From: an uncultured delta proteobacterium
Lineage (GTDB): Bacteria > Myxococcota_A > Polyangia > Polyangiales > Houyiibacteriaceae
Direction of reading: 5' to 3'
NCBI GenBank assembly: GCA_963699755.1
Contig: CAVOVB010000003.1
Span: forward strand, 96,001 to 160,000
DNA length: 64,000 nt
In this document: in pieces, positions 37,763-47,584 of the stretch
Layout: each line of letters begins with the position of its first letter
Position numbering within the stretch: the stretch's first letter is position 1
The notes under the pieces: model-generated
What the model was told of the DNA's origin: nothing
The model's database searches: none
Seen by the model: only the letters and a program-made list of their open reading frames with translations
Translations under genes and position numbers: made by a program

Positions 37763-40153
37763 ATGACGGAACCAACGCCCGAGCCGAATGTTTCGCAGCC
37801 ACCGGTCGCCGAGCAACCTGCGGCCGATCCGATCGAAGCGAAGCTCGCGGAGCTGTCGGAGCCCTTCGTAGCGCCGATCCAAGGTTCCAACCCGGCAGGG
37901 GAAAACGCGAGATTCGACGAGCGGCACGAAGCGATTCGAAACCAGGTCGACAAGCTTGGTAGGCCCGAGGCCGAAGAGCTGGACTGGGGTCTCATCGAGG
38001 AGGCAGGACGCGCGCTCCTGACCGAGAAGTCGAAGGACTATTTGATCGCGAGTTACTTCGGCGTGGCGGCCTATGTGCGGACTGGGCCCCGGGGGCTCAT
38101 CGAAGGGCTGTGCGCACTCTCCGCCTTGCTCGAGCACTACTGGGACAATGGCTTCCCTCCGCCAGACCGTTTGCGCGCGCGAGTCAATGCAATCGATTGG
38201 TTCGTCGATCGAGTCGGCGCGTTCGGCGACCGAGCACCCAAGACGGTTCAGCAGGACGATCTCCAAATGCTGAGCCGCGCCGCCAAGAGGTTCCAAGGCT
38301 TAGTCCTCGATCGCTTTGGAGAGGAGATCCCGAACATCTACGGCTTGAAAGAGACGCTCGAGCGACTCGAGCTCTCGATTGTTGGGCAATCTGACGGCCA
38401 GCCGCATGCCCAGGACGGGCAGCCTGGGGCACCTTCGGCTGCTGATCCAAGCCCCGCACCGTCCTCCGCCGCGACATCTTTGGGCCCTGCACCGCCCGAA
38501 GGGGGTGCTCCGGTTGCGCCGCAGCCGGCCGGAGGTTCCCCCGAGGCGAAGCTCGCCGCGCTGGCCCAGGCGTTCACGGACCCCATCCCCGGTGGGAGCA
38601 GGGCCGGCGAGAATGCGCGCCATGACGAAAAGCACGAGGCGATTCGAAACGAAGTCGACAAGCTAGGAAAGCCCACAGCGGAGGAAGTGGACTGGGAGCT
38701 CGTCCGTGAGGTGGGGGGTGCGCTGCTCACCAGCAAGTCGAAGGACTTCTTGATCGCAAGCTACTTCGCGGTGGCTTCCTACGTTCGGGGAGGGGTCGAG
38801 GGCCTGGTGACTGGGCTCGCGGCGCTCTCGGCCCTCCTGCGCAACTACTGGGACGACGGCTATCCACCGGTCGCTCGCATTCGCGCGAGAGCGAATGCGC
38901 TCGATTGGTTCATCGACCGGGTCGAATCACTCGGAGACCTCGCCCCCAAATCCGTCAAGGCGGGCGATCTCGAGCTGCTCGGCTTTGCGGCCAAGCAGCT
39001 CGAGGAGCTGGTCTTGGAACGCTTCGAGGACGAGAGCCCCAACGTCCACCGGTTGAAGGAGATTCTGCAACAAATCGAGCTGGCTGTCGCGAAGCAGGCG
39101 CCCGCCCAGCCCGTAGCCCCGACCCAAAGCCCCAGTCCCAGTCCGGCCAGAACCCAGCCCGAAGCCCCGACACAAGGCCAACCGACGCCGGTTGCGGCCG
39201 TCCAGCTCGCGACGCCAACAGCGCAGCTGAACGATCCGGCACAGGTCAATAAGTTCCTCAGGGAACTGGGTGAATCGGTACACAAGGCATCCCGCGCGCT
39301 ATTCAAGGCGTCCAAAGAAGACCCCCTCGCATACCGTCTCTGCCGTCTGGGCCTGTACGTGTCTTTCCAGCAGGCTCCGCCCGCAACCAATGGAAACCAA
39401 ACCATGGTGCCCCCTCCGCCTCCCGATCGAGAAGCCCATCTGAATGCTCTTCTCAGCGCACGGAACTGGCCGGTGCTCCTCGACGAAGCCGAGTCAGGGT
39501 TGGCGAGCGCGCGCCTCTGGCTCGATCAGCATCGCTACGTGGCTCTGGCGCTCGCGGGTCTGGGCCATGAAAAGGCCAAGGAGACGGTCGTTGCGGAGAC
39601 TGCCGCGCTCATCCGGCGCCTTCCCGAGCTGCCGGAACTTGCCTTCAGCGACGGCTTTCCATTTGCGAGTCCTGCAACCCGGGACTGGCTGGGCTCCCTG
39701 TCTCCAAACGCCACGGAATCGACTGGGCTTGGGGTGACCGATTCCGCTGAGCCCGGGGCCTTCGAGGAGAGACTCGCGGAGGCCCATAAGCTAGCCGTCG
39801 GCGGAAAGCTCGGAGAGGCGGTCGAGAAACTCGGCCGCGTGATCGACTCCGGAGCGACCTCGGGCCGGGATCGGTTCCGCGCCAAGCTTGCCATGGCAAA
39901 CGCCTGTTCCCGAGCTGGCTCCGCCGCGCTTGCCGAAGGCATTCTAGCCAGCTTAAGTGAGGAAATTCGGCAGTTTCGGCTCCAAGAATGGGAACCTAAG
40001 ATGGCTGAAGCATGTTATCGTGCGCGCTACGAGGCCTTGGCTGCAATGGCAGGTGAGAGCGCAAAGTCGAGAGATGAGCTCGTGGATATTTACCGCCAGC
40101 TCTGCGGAGTAGCCCCTGCGGCGGCATTGAAATTGGGCAAACCCCCAGGTTGA
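37763..40153 (+). CDS. tssA: T6SS TssA with two tandem ImpA_N domains and VasJ-like C-terminal region
   Basis: PI.G...AGENAR.DE.HEAIRN.VDKL..DW..SKD..IASYF..YWD.G.PP..RAR.NA.DWF occurs twice; later LWLDQHRY and LAFSDGFPFA. Confidence 0.92.
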   Translation: MTEPTPEPNVSQPPVAEQPAADPIEAKLAELSEPFVAPIQGSNPAGENARFDERHEAIRNQVDKLGRPEAEELDWGLIEEAGRALLTEKSKDYLIASYFGVAAYVRTGPRGLIEGLCALSALLEHYWDNGFPPPDRLRARVNAIDWFVDRVGAFGDRAPKTVQQDDLQMLSRAAKRFQGLVLDRFGEEIPNIYGLKETLERLELSIVGQSDGQPHAQDGQPGAPSAADPSPAPSSAATSLGPAPPEGGAPVAPQPAGGSPEAKLAALAQAFTDPIPGGSRAGENARHDEKHEAIRNEVDKLGKPTAEEVDWELVREVGGALLTSKSKDFLIASYFAVASYVRGGVEGLVTGLAALSALLRNYWDDGYPPVARIRARANALDWFIDRVESLGDLAPKSVKAGDLELLGFAAKQLEELVLERFEDESPNVHRLKEILQQIELAVAKQAPAQPVAPTQSPSPSPARTQPEAPTQGQPTPVAAVQLATPTAQLNDPAQVNKFLRELGESVHKASRALFKASKEDPLAYRLCRLGLYVSFQQAPPATNGNQTMVPPPPPDREAHLNALLSARNWPVLLDEAESGLASARLWLDQHRYVALALAGLGHEKAKETVVAETAALIRRLPELPELAFSDGFPFASPATRDWLGSLSPNATESTGLGVTDSAEPGAFEERLAEAHKLAVGGKLGEAVEKLGRVIDSGATSGRDRFRAKLAMANACSRAGSAALAEGILASLSEEIRQFRLQEWEPKMAEACYRARYEALAAMAGESAKSRDELVDIYRQLCGVAPAAALKLGKPPG

Positions 40154-40195
40154 CCTGTATGACGGTCGAGGCGCCGATTCGAAGAGGAGTGAACG

Positions 40196-40804
40196 ATGGC
40201 CAAGAAAGAACAGACCGTAGCGCCCAAAGAGCGGGTCAACATCACATACAAAGCCAAGGTTGGTGACGCGACCGAAGAGCGCGAGCTCCCTCTCAAAATC
40301 CTGGCGGTCGGTGACTACACGGGTAGGCCTGATGAGCGGCAAGTCGAGGACCGCGACCCAATCAACATCGACAAGGACAACTTCAACGCCGTGATGGCAG
40401 AGCAGAAGCTGGCGGTCGAAGTATCCGTGCCCGACCGTCTGAGCGGAGATGGGGATCTCGGCGTTTCGCTGAAGTTCGAGACTTTGAAAGATTTCACTCC
40501 TGCAGGCCTCGCGAAGCAGGTTCCCGAGCTAAAAGATCTGCTGGCGATGCGAGAAGCCCTCGTCGCTGTGCGTGGGCCCCTCGGCGGGTTCCCAAAGTTC
40601 AGGCGCGCAGTTGAGGCGATCCTCAAGGACCCGGAGAAAGTGGCCCGCTTGATGGCGGAGCTGAAGGAAGACGAAAGCGTCGCAACGCCTGCCGAGGCAA
40701 GTGCTTCGGCTGCGACGGAAGGCGAAGCACCGAGCGGGGGTGAAGGTGGCGGGGAGCCCAGTGAAGAAGGAGAACCCTCCGGCGAGGGTCCGCAGCAGGG
40801 CTGA
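40196..40804 (+). CDS. tssB: T6SS sheath small subunit TssB with acidic low-complexity tail
   Basis: VAPKERVNITY, ELPLKILAVGDY, INIDKDNFN and QVPEL. Confidence 0.97.
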   Translation: MAKKEQTVAPKERVNITYKAKVGDATEERELPLKILAVGDYTGRPDERQVEDRDPINIDKDNFNAVMAEQKLAVEVSVPDRLSGDGDLGVSLKFETLKDFTPAGLAKQVPELKDLLAMREALVAVRGPLGGFPKFRRAVEAILKDPEKVARLMAELKEDESVATPAEASASAATEGEAPSGGEGGGEPSEEGEPSGEGPQQG

Positions 40805-40857
40805 CGAGCAGCGTCCCCGAGACGTTTTGCGACAGTAGGAGAATGTGGAGAGCAAGC

Positions 40858-42333
40858 ATGGCCGAACAAGAGGAACAAGCGAAACAAGTCATCGTCGAGG
40901 AAGACTCCTTGCTCGAACAGATGCTCGAGGATGCGAAGGTCAGGCCTGACGATGAGGCATACGGCACCACGGCTCTCGGGCTGAAGCAACTACTCCGGGA
41001 GATGCTTGCCCCCGACAAGAAGGGCGGGCGGGTCGACAAGAAGGCCGTCGATCGGATGATCGCCGAAATCGACGCGCGTCTCTCGAAGCAGGTCAACGAG
41101 GTACTTCACCACCCCGATGTGCAGAAGCTAGAGTCTGCGTGGCGCGGATTGAAGTACCTCGTCGACCAAGTCGACTTCCGCGAGAACACCAAGGTCGAGT
41201 TCCTCAACGTCTCCAAAGATGACCTCACGGCTGATTTCGAAGATACGCCGGAGATCCCGAAGTCGGGTCTGTACCAGAAAGTTTATGCTCGCGAATACGG
41301 CGTCTTCGGCGGCTCTCCTGTCGGATTGATCGTCGCAAACTACGAGTTCGATCAGAGCCAGGGTGACATCGAGCTCTTGCGCAATTGTGCCGCGGTATCG
41401 GCCATGGCACACGCGCCGTTTGTAACCAACGCGTCGCCAAAGTTCTTTGGTTGCGACAGCTGGCTGGAAGTGCCCAAGCTCCGCGATCTCCAAGCGATCT
41501 TCGAGAGCCCCAAATATGCGGCTTGGAATTCGTTCCGCGAGAGCGAAGACGCTCGATACGTGGGTCTCGTGGGGCCTCGATTCTTGCTTCGACGCACCTA
41601 CGGTCAGGAAAACATTCCCGTCAAGGAGTTCAACTTCGAGGAGGACGTGGTCGGAAATCACGACTCTTATCTTTGGGGAGGCTCCGCGACAGCGTTAGCC
41701 ACTCGCGTCGCGAATTCCTTCGCGAACTTCCGCTGGTGTCCCAATATCATTGGTCCCAACGCGGGAGGCGCGGTCGAGAATCTGCCGCTCCATCAATATG
41801 AGGCGATGGGTGAGCTGCAAACAAAGATCCCCACCGAGGTTCAGCTCACCTTGCGCCGCGAGTTCGAGATGTCCGAGCAAGGGTTCATCGGCCTCACCTA
41901 CCGCAAGGACACCGACAACGCGGCGTTCTTCTCGGCCAACTCAGCCCAGAAGCCGAAGCGTTTCCCGGACACGCCCGAGGGCAAGACGGCGGAAACCAAC
42001 TACCGGCTCGGAACGATGCTTCCCTACGTTTTCATCGTTTCGCGGCTGGCTCACTACCTCAAGGTGCTCCAGACCGAGCACATCGGGAGCTGGAAAGAGC
42101 GTGCCGACCTCGAGCGAGAGCTCAACAAGTGGATCTCGCAGTATGTCACCGAGATGGACAACCCGGCTCCGGCCGTCCGCGCTAGGAAGCCGCTACGAGA
42201 AGCGCGAGTCGCCGTCGAGAACGTCGATGGTCAGCCTGGCTGGTACCGTTGCAAGCTCGAGGTGAGGCCCTTCTTCAAGTACATGGGCGCCGACTTCACG
42301 CTTTCGCTCGTTGGCAAGCTCGACAAGGAGTAG
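40858..42333 (+). CDS. tssC: T6SS sheath large subunit TssC
   Basis: LESAWRGLKYLV, AMAHAPF, SEDARYVGL, PTEVQ, SRLAHYLKV and KPLREA. Confidence 0.98.
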   Translation: MAEQEEQAKQVIVEEDSLLEQMLEDAKVRPDDEAYGTTALGLKQLLREMLAPDKKGGRVDKKAVDRMIAEIDARLSKQVNEVLHHPDVQKLESAWRGLKYLVDQVDFRENTKVEFLNVSKDDLTADFEDTPEIPKSGLYQKVYAREYGVFGGSPVGLIVANYEFDQSQGDIELLRNCAAVSAMAHAPFVTNASPKFFGCDSWLEVPKLRDLQAIFESPKYAAWNSFRESEDARYVGLVGPRFLLRRTYGQENIPVKEFNFEEDVVGNHDSYLWGGSATALATRVANSFANFRWCPNIIGPNAGGAVENLPLHQYEAMGELQTKIPTEVQLTLRREFEMSEQGFIGLTYRKDTDNAAFFSANSAQKPKRFPDTPEGKTAETNYRLGTMLPYVFIVSRLAHYLKVLQTEHIGSWKERADLERELNKWISQYVTEMDNPAPAVRARKPLREARVAVENVDGQPGWYRCKLEVRPFFKYMGADFTLSLVGKLDKE

Positions 42334-42340
42334 CTCGACT

Positions 42341-43546
42341 TCATTTTTTCGGCTCTGCCGGGTATCGCAGCACCGCCGTATCGGCCTTTGGCCCATCGGG
42401 CCAGTACACGGTGCGGGTCCGCTCGATGAGGAGCGACTTGTGACGGTCCTCGAGCGCGCCGTCCAGTGTTTTCGTTTCAATCTCGACTTTTGGTGGCGCG
42501 TGGCCTGACCAGAGGCCGACGCTCAGTGTTCCGGAATGCGCGTCGCCTCGAATTCGCACGTAGTCTCCATACGGGTTTCGAATGCGCAGGTCCTTTAGCC
42601 CCCATGCGACTGCGGTGTCGAGCCCGCGCCCTGCGTATCTGGGTCGCTTGGAGTGGACGTAGTGCTCGAGAATCTCGAAGCCAGCATGAAGAGCCGCGGC
42701 ATGAAGTGCGGTGGCAACCTGGCAAACGCCGCCGCCGATCCCGTCTACGACACGGCCACGGGCGATTTCGTTGGCAGGCATGAAGCCGTGCTGAAAGCTG
42801 CGGTCGCCTACGATCTCGTTGAACGACAGCTCTCCGTGAGGTTCGATTACCACGCCATCGAGAGCCTTGGCGGCCTGCTCGATGTTATAGCCTCTGCTCC
42901 ACGAGCGACCCACCTTCCGATAGCTCGACGTGTGATGTCCGAGCCGTTGCGAGAATGTCCCCGGGCGAGCGCCCGCAACGAGCCCTCTGAGAACGGGCTT
43001 GCGTGTGGGCAGCGTGACGACGACTTGCCCGGTTGGAACCGATTGTTTCAGGACTTTGAGCGCACCATGGAGGTCGAGGGTTCTCCGGTTCGCAGGCGGA
43101 TTGCCGTCGCCGTCCTCCGGCGTGATGCTTTCGCGAAGCGCAAAGGTCGTTGCGAGGAGTTGGGCGTGATCCACCTCGGCTGACCAGTACACGGCCTGCA
43201 ACCCGTCGCCCGAGTTTCGATTGCTCGCTCGCACGACGGCGGCGAGGAGCTCGTCGAGCGAGAACCTGGCGCCAAGTTCGGCTCGCGTCTTGCGGTATGG
43301 ACGTCCGTCGACCAGGAGCGTGACCTCGGTGGATTGCCAACGAGCACGATAGATATCGGCCCAGTCTTCGACATGGGAGAGCGGGACTGAGAGCTCGTTG
43401 ATGCGCACCAGATCGATCGCGAGTGCCTCGCTGATGGCCGCCGATCCTCCGATGACCACCAGGGTCAGCACGGCGACGATCAAGCGACGAGCGAGAGCAG
43501 ATCGCCGCCGCTGTCGAGTGAACCGCGTCTGGGCTTTTCGTATCAC
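42341..43546 (-). CDS. VanW family protein, N-terminally membrane anchored
   Basis: NI..AA..LDGVVIEP..SFNEIVGDR, GIGGGVCQVATAL, H..HS and DL.IRN; GAGGAG RBS before GTG 43546. Confidence 0.88.
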   Translation of the reverse strand: MIRKAQTRFTRQRRRSALARRLIVAVLTLVVIGGSAAISEALAIDLVRINELSVPLSHVEDWADIYRARWQSTEVTLLVDGRPYRKTRAELGARFSLDELLAAVVRASNRNSGDGLQAVYWSAEVDHAQLLATTFALRESITPEDGDGNPPANRRTLDLHGALKVLKQSVPTGQVVVTLPTRKPVLRGLVAGARPGTFSQRLGHHTSSYRKVGRSWSRGYNIEQAAKALDGVVIEPHGELSFNEIVGDRSFQHGFMPANEIARGRVVDGIGGGVCQVATALHAAALHAGFEILEHYVHSKRPRYAGRGLDTAVAWGLKDLRIRNPYGDYVRIRGDAHSGTLSVGLWSGHAPPKVEIETKTLDGALEDRHKSLLIERTRTVYWPDGPKADTAVLRYPAEPKK

Positions 43547-43603
43547 CGTGAAGTACACTCCTCGGAGGCAGTCGGGTACAGGCCGCCCGGTAGAGACTAT
43601 CGC

Positions 43604-45247
43604 GTGAATCAATACGATGTAAGCCGCGTCATCGATCAGTTGCTTCGCCAGCATGAAGCCGGGATCAAGATGTACCTGGTCTGCCGGCTTGGAGGGCCGG
43701 AGCCATTGTCCGACGTCTATGGCAAGTTTCGAGAGGCGCTGGCGCGAGGTTCGTCAACCGAGCTACACAAGGCGCCAAGCTTGCCTGCGTTTGCCTATGC
43801 GGAGGCCCGGCGTGCCGCAATGGGGCAGGGCGAGGGTTCGGAGCCGACCGGCTTCGAGAGGATTCCATGGGTGCCGACCCCCGAGGGCCGGCCGCCGCGC
43901 TACGGTGAGCTGCTCGACCGGCTCCGCGCCGAGCTCCGGGGAGAGCTTGCAGAGGCGCTCGAGCTGCACCATGCCCGCGGTCTGGGCGTCGACGACATCG
44001 CCTACGTCATGGGCGAGAGCTCCGCGGTCGCGGCACAGTACCTCGCCGAAGGGACCCGCATCGTCGGGACTCTCGGAAGGACCCTCGACCCCGAGCCAGC
44101 GGTCGAAACCATGGTCCAGGACGCGTTTAGGCCCCGAACGGAAGCCGACCCCGCCGATGCGCTACGCTTTCATGCAAGGCCGGTACGCTTGATAGAGGGC
44201 GCTCTCATCGGCGGCCGGTTCGCGGTTTCGTCTTCCGCGCAGACCAGCGCCTCGGCGTCCGTCTACCTCGCGAACGACGCGAGCGTTCCAGGGGAATCCG
44301 TCGTCCTCCACCTTCTGCACCGAACCGCTTCGACGACCGCCGCACGCAACGGCATGCTGCGAAAGTTGCGGCTGCTCGAGTCGGTCGTCCACACATCGAT
44401 CGGTCGGATACTCGACTACGGCTGGCATGCCGACCATCTCTGGTATGCGACGCCTTGGTACGAGGGCCACACCCTCGAGCAGCTGACGCTTCAGGGCGTG
44501 CTGACGCCAAGCGAAGCGATCGACATTTTCGCGCCCCTGGCCAGGGCTCTTGCGGCCTTGCACGAGCACGGCGTCGTGCATCGGGAGATCACGAGCCGCA
44601 ACGCATTGATTCTTCGCGTCGGAACGAAGGGAGCATATGAAACACTTCCCATACTGACCGGATTCGATACCTGGCTGCTCGGCGAGGTGTCGGTCGCCGA
44701 AGAACCCCGATCTCTGTCGCCCGAGGTCGCCAAGCGGCTTTCTCGGGGTGACCCATGCGGCGCACCCACGCCGAGTGAGGATGTCTTCGCCCTGGCTCTG
44801 ATGCTCCTACAGGCGCTTGGTCACGGGCCTCGTGCTCCTGCGGACGATCCATGGCCTGCGTTCCTCGCTCGTCGTGCAGAATCGCCGATTCAAGTCGGTG
44901 ATTCCGCGGGGGTAGCACCGTTCGCAAGCTTACTTCAGCGGGCTCTTTCGATGGCGCCCGAGGCTCGACCGAGCGCCGCCAAGCTTGCGGGGGCACTCGA
45001 GCGGGCGAGGCCGGAAGTTGCGGAGAGAAAGGCCCGCCGTCGGCTCTTCGTACCCATCTCGGTGGTCGCCGTCGCCGCTATCTTGCTGCTAGTCACCTAT
45101 TTTGTGCGTCAGTCCCGTCTCCGGCTGATCGATGAAACACTCGAGGCGGCGGACGCCCAGGTCCTCAGCGAAGAGCTCGAAGCGGAGAAGGTCAGAAGCC
45201 GTGAGCTCGAAAGCGAACTGAGCGCGAAGGACAGGCCCGAGCCCTGA
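43604..45247 (+). CDS. ECF-sigma-like domain fused to a degenerate Ser/Thr kinase (pseudokinase), TM helix and coiled tail
   Basis: Region-4-like EALELHHARGLGVDDIAYVMGES; kinase fold with HRE for HRD, no Gly loop, no VAIK Lys and no DFG. Confidence 0.72.
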   Translation: MNQYDVSRVIDQLLRQHEAGIKMYLVCRLGGPEPLSDVYGKFREALARGSSTELHKAPSLPAFAYAEARRAAMGQGEGSEPTGFERIPWVPTPEGRPPRYGELLDRLRAELRGELAEALELHHARGLGVDDIAYVMGESSAVAAQYLAEGTRIVGTLGRTLDPEPAVETMVQDAFRPRTEADPADALRFHARPVRLIEGALIGGRFAVSSSAQTSASASVYLANDASVPGESVVLHLLHRTASTTAARNGMLRKLRLLESVVHTSIGRILDYGWHADHLWYATPWYEGHTLEQLTLQGVLTPSEAIDIFAPLARALAALHEHGVVHREITSRNALILRVGTKGAYETLPILTGFDTWLLGEVSVAEEPRSLSPEVAKRLSRGDPCGAPTPSEDVFALALMLLQALGHGPRAPADDPWPAFLARRAESPIQVGDSAGVAPFASLLQRALSMAPEARPSAAKLAGALERARPEVAERKARRRLFVPISVVAVAAILLLVTYFVRQSRLRLIDETLEAADAQVLSEELEAEKVRSRELESELSAKDRPEP

Positions 45248-45249
45248 TT

Positions 45250-46182
45250 CTAGTCGGCGTCGCTCTGGCTCTTTTCGGTTTGAAGGTCGCCGCGCACCTC
45301 GCGCATACCTGCCCACAGCGAATCCTTTGTATAGACGAAGTACGCGCCCGTGAACTCAAGCTCGCGCCTGGCGTCGGACTTGCGGAAGAGGCGCGGGTTG
45401 TCCTCGTTACCATCGGGGGGAAGGTCATTCGCCGCGAGCTGCTCATTGACCAGCAGGCCCTCATCGGTGATTTCGTAGGTCGAGACGAGCTCGAAGCGCC
45501 TGATCCACCCGGACTTCAGGCGGACCTGTTGGGCGCGAGCCAGGCTGATCTCCGCCTCTCCGTCGCATTGATTGTTCGCGTCGCGCATCTCGAGCGGTAC
45601 GAAGCGGCCATCGTGTAGGAGCAGTAGCTTGAGACTGCGGTCGCACTTGCCCGACTCTACACCCGGCCCGCATTCTGCACCCTGAGCGAAGAGGAGATCC
45701 TCCCCGCGAACGGTCTGAAGCTCCACTTGCGTTTGCTCTGGTGGAAGACGTACCGTTCCAATTCCAAGCACGGAATTGGCCCGTTTCGAAGTATGGACGA
45801 GCGCCACCAAGAGCGTGCGGTCCCCGTTGCTGAACTCCTCGACGGGGATGGACAGAAGCCCGAAGCCGTCAGGCAAGGGGTCGACGCTGAGCTCGTCGGG
45901 GCGAATCGGAATGTCCCGCGCCGTGCCCGGCCGGGCAGCCTTCGCGCAGCGCAGCGGAAGCTCGGTGGGTTCGAACGATCGGCCGGTGCAGTCCTGACCG
46001 CGCTGCTCCGCATGGAAGAGGAGGTCGATCCACTCGCCTAACGGAACTTGGTCGACGCTTGCGTACGTCCTCGAAGGACTCTGGCTGCAAACTGCCGGCC
46101 GTGAGCCGAGGGTGTTCGAGGAGCAACCAGCGATCGCCAGGAGCCCGCAAGCGAAGAGAACGATTTCGGTGCTGACTTTCAC
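45250..46182 (-). CDS. Lipoprotein of unknown function, last gene of the tssEFGH-fha operon
   Basis: IAG-C-SSN; GTG start overlaps the fha stop (GTGA). Confidence 0.75.
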   Translation of the reverse strand: MKVSTEIVLFACGLLAIAGCSSNTLGSRPAVCSQSPSRTYASVDQVPLGEWIDLLFHAEQRGQDCTGRSFEPTELPLRCAKAARPGTARDIPIRPDELSVDPLPDGFGLLSIPVEEFSNGDRTLLVALVHTSKRANSVLGIGTVRLPPEQTQVELQTVRGEDLLFAQGAECGPGVESGKCDRSLKLLLLHDGRFVPLEMRDANNQCDGEAEISLARAQQVRLKSGWIRRFELVSTYEITDEGLLVNEQLAANDLPPDGNEDNPRLFRKSDARRELEFTGAYFVYTKDSLWAGMREVRGDLQTEKSQSDAD

Positions 46183-47570
46183 TTCGTATCCTGGCTCCCC
46201 ATCAGCGCTAGGTAAGCGCGAATGAACTTTCGCCCAAAGAGCTTTCGGGTGAATCGATCTTCTTCGGTGGTGGATTCGTACGTCCGCTTGTACCGTGACC
46301 AAGCCATGATGGGCGCGATGGGCCAGACCCTCATCAACAGTGAAAGCATTTCCTGGCCTCGCACAGCAATCGCGCTGGAAGTCGAGGAAGAGGTGTTTGC
46401 GCCCGCGGCAGCGATAGAGCTGGGCGAGAAACCCTCCAGGAGCTCCCGCGCCCCTTCTACCGAGGCACCCAGTAGAGCGACTTGATGCAGTGCGAAGCCC
46501 GCAAACGCGCGCCGCAGGTCGTTGAGCCTTTCACTACGGTCGGCGTCGGGCTCCATTAGGTGTGCAATCACCTCATCGAGCGCTTGGGCGCGATCCAATG
46601 CGGAGTCGTCGTAGCTGAGGTGCAAGCCCATCTCTTTTCCGAACTGATCGTAGCCCTTTCGGAGCTCGAGAAACGAGCCTGCAAAGACCTCTAGGATCGC
46701 GCCGATGTGCTCCATCGCGATCGCGGGACTCGTCCGCTGTGGGGAAGAAATCTGCGGGTTGTGAGTGAGGCGCTGCAGCCACTCTTCGATGTCGAAGCAA
46801 CCAGCCATCATTCGGTCCACGCCCATTTCGCTCAGCATCTTTCCGAACTCGGGTTCACGGGTCAGCTGAGGGAACTCGCTTACCATGAAAAACGCGGTCA
46901 TCTCGCGCATGGCAGGCGGCGAAGATTCGATTTTCTGGCGGAGCACACCCAGGCACTGCGTCCAGCTCTGACGGTAGGTGTCGTAGATCGTTTTTGCTGC
47001 CTGCACCGCCATCAGCGGTTCGTCCAGAGTGGCACTCTGCTCGGTTGGGTCCGACGGGGGCGTTGCCGGGACGACCGGCGCAGGCGGAGCCTGCGGACGG
47101 CCCGATGGGCTTGGTGCCGGCATCGCCGGGCTATGCAAGGAGGCGGGCGGTATGCCTCCCGCGAAGGGGGAAGTCCCGGGTGCGCCACCCAGCCCGACTT
47201 GCGGCAGGCTCGTCACAAACTGGGTCTTGATCTTCGGTTTCACGGCCATCCCGGCTTCGGCGCCATCAGTCCATTGGAGCCGGATCTCGAGCGGACCGAT
47301 CGAGAGCTTGGACTGAGGGCCTTGCACTCGAACCGGTGTCCGTTGCGGAACACGCTTGCCGTCCAAATTCGTGCCGTTCGTCGAGCCGAGGTCGACGTAG
47401 ATGATCTCACTCCGGTCGAACTTGATTACCCCATGCCATTGGGAGACGAAGCCGTAGTCGAGCGCAAGATCGTTCAACGCGTTCCGGCCAAGCCGGACGG
47501 GCGCCGTCGGGAACAGGTGGGTCTCCTCCAGCCCTTCTGGGCTTTCACGAAAGCGAACGAGTAGGGCCAT
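46179..47570 (-). CDS. tagH: T6SS FHA-domain protein (TagH/Fha)
   Basis: LGRN..VSQWHG..DLGSTNGT; Pro-rich linker; HQVAL..FGRKFIRAY C-terminus. Confidence 0.88.
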   Translation of the reverse strand: MALLVRFRESPEGLEETHLFPTAPVRLGRNALNDLALDYGFVSQWHGVIKFDRSEIIYVDLGSTNGTNLDGKRVPQRTPVRVQGPQSKLSIGPLEIRLQWTDGAEAGMAVKPKIKTQFVTSLPQVGLGGAPGTSPFAGGIPPASLHSPAMPAPSPSGRPQAPPAPVVPATPPSDPTEQSATLDEPLMAVQAAKTIYDTYRQSWTQCLGVLRQKIESSPPAMREMTAFFMVSEFPQLTREPEFGKMLSEMGVDRMMAGCFDIEEWLQRLTHNPQISSPQRTSPAIAMEHIGAILEVFAGSFLELRKGYDQFGKEMGLHLSYDDSALDRAQALDEVIAHLMEPDADRSERLNDLRRAFAGFALHQVALLGASVEGARELLEGFSPSSIAAAGANTSSSTSSAIAVRGQEMLSLLMRVWPIAPIMAWSRYKRTYESTTEEDRFTRKLFGRKFIRAYLALMGSQDTK

Positions 47571-47584
47571 GGTCGGTCGGGAGC

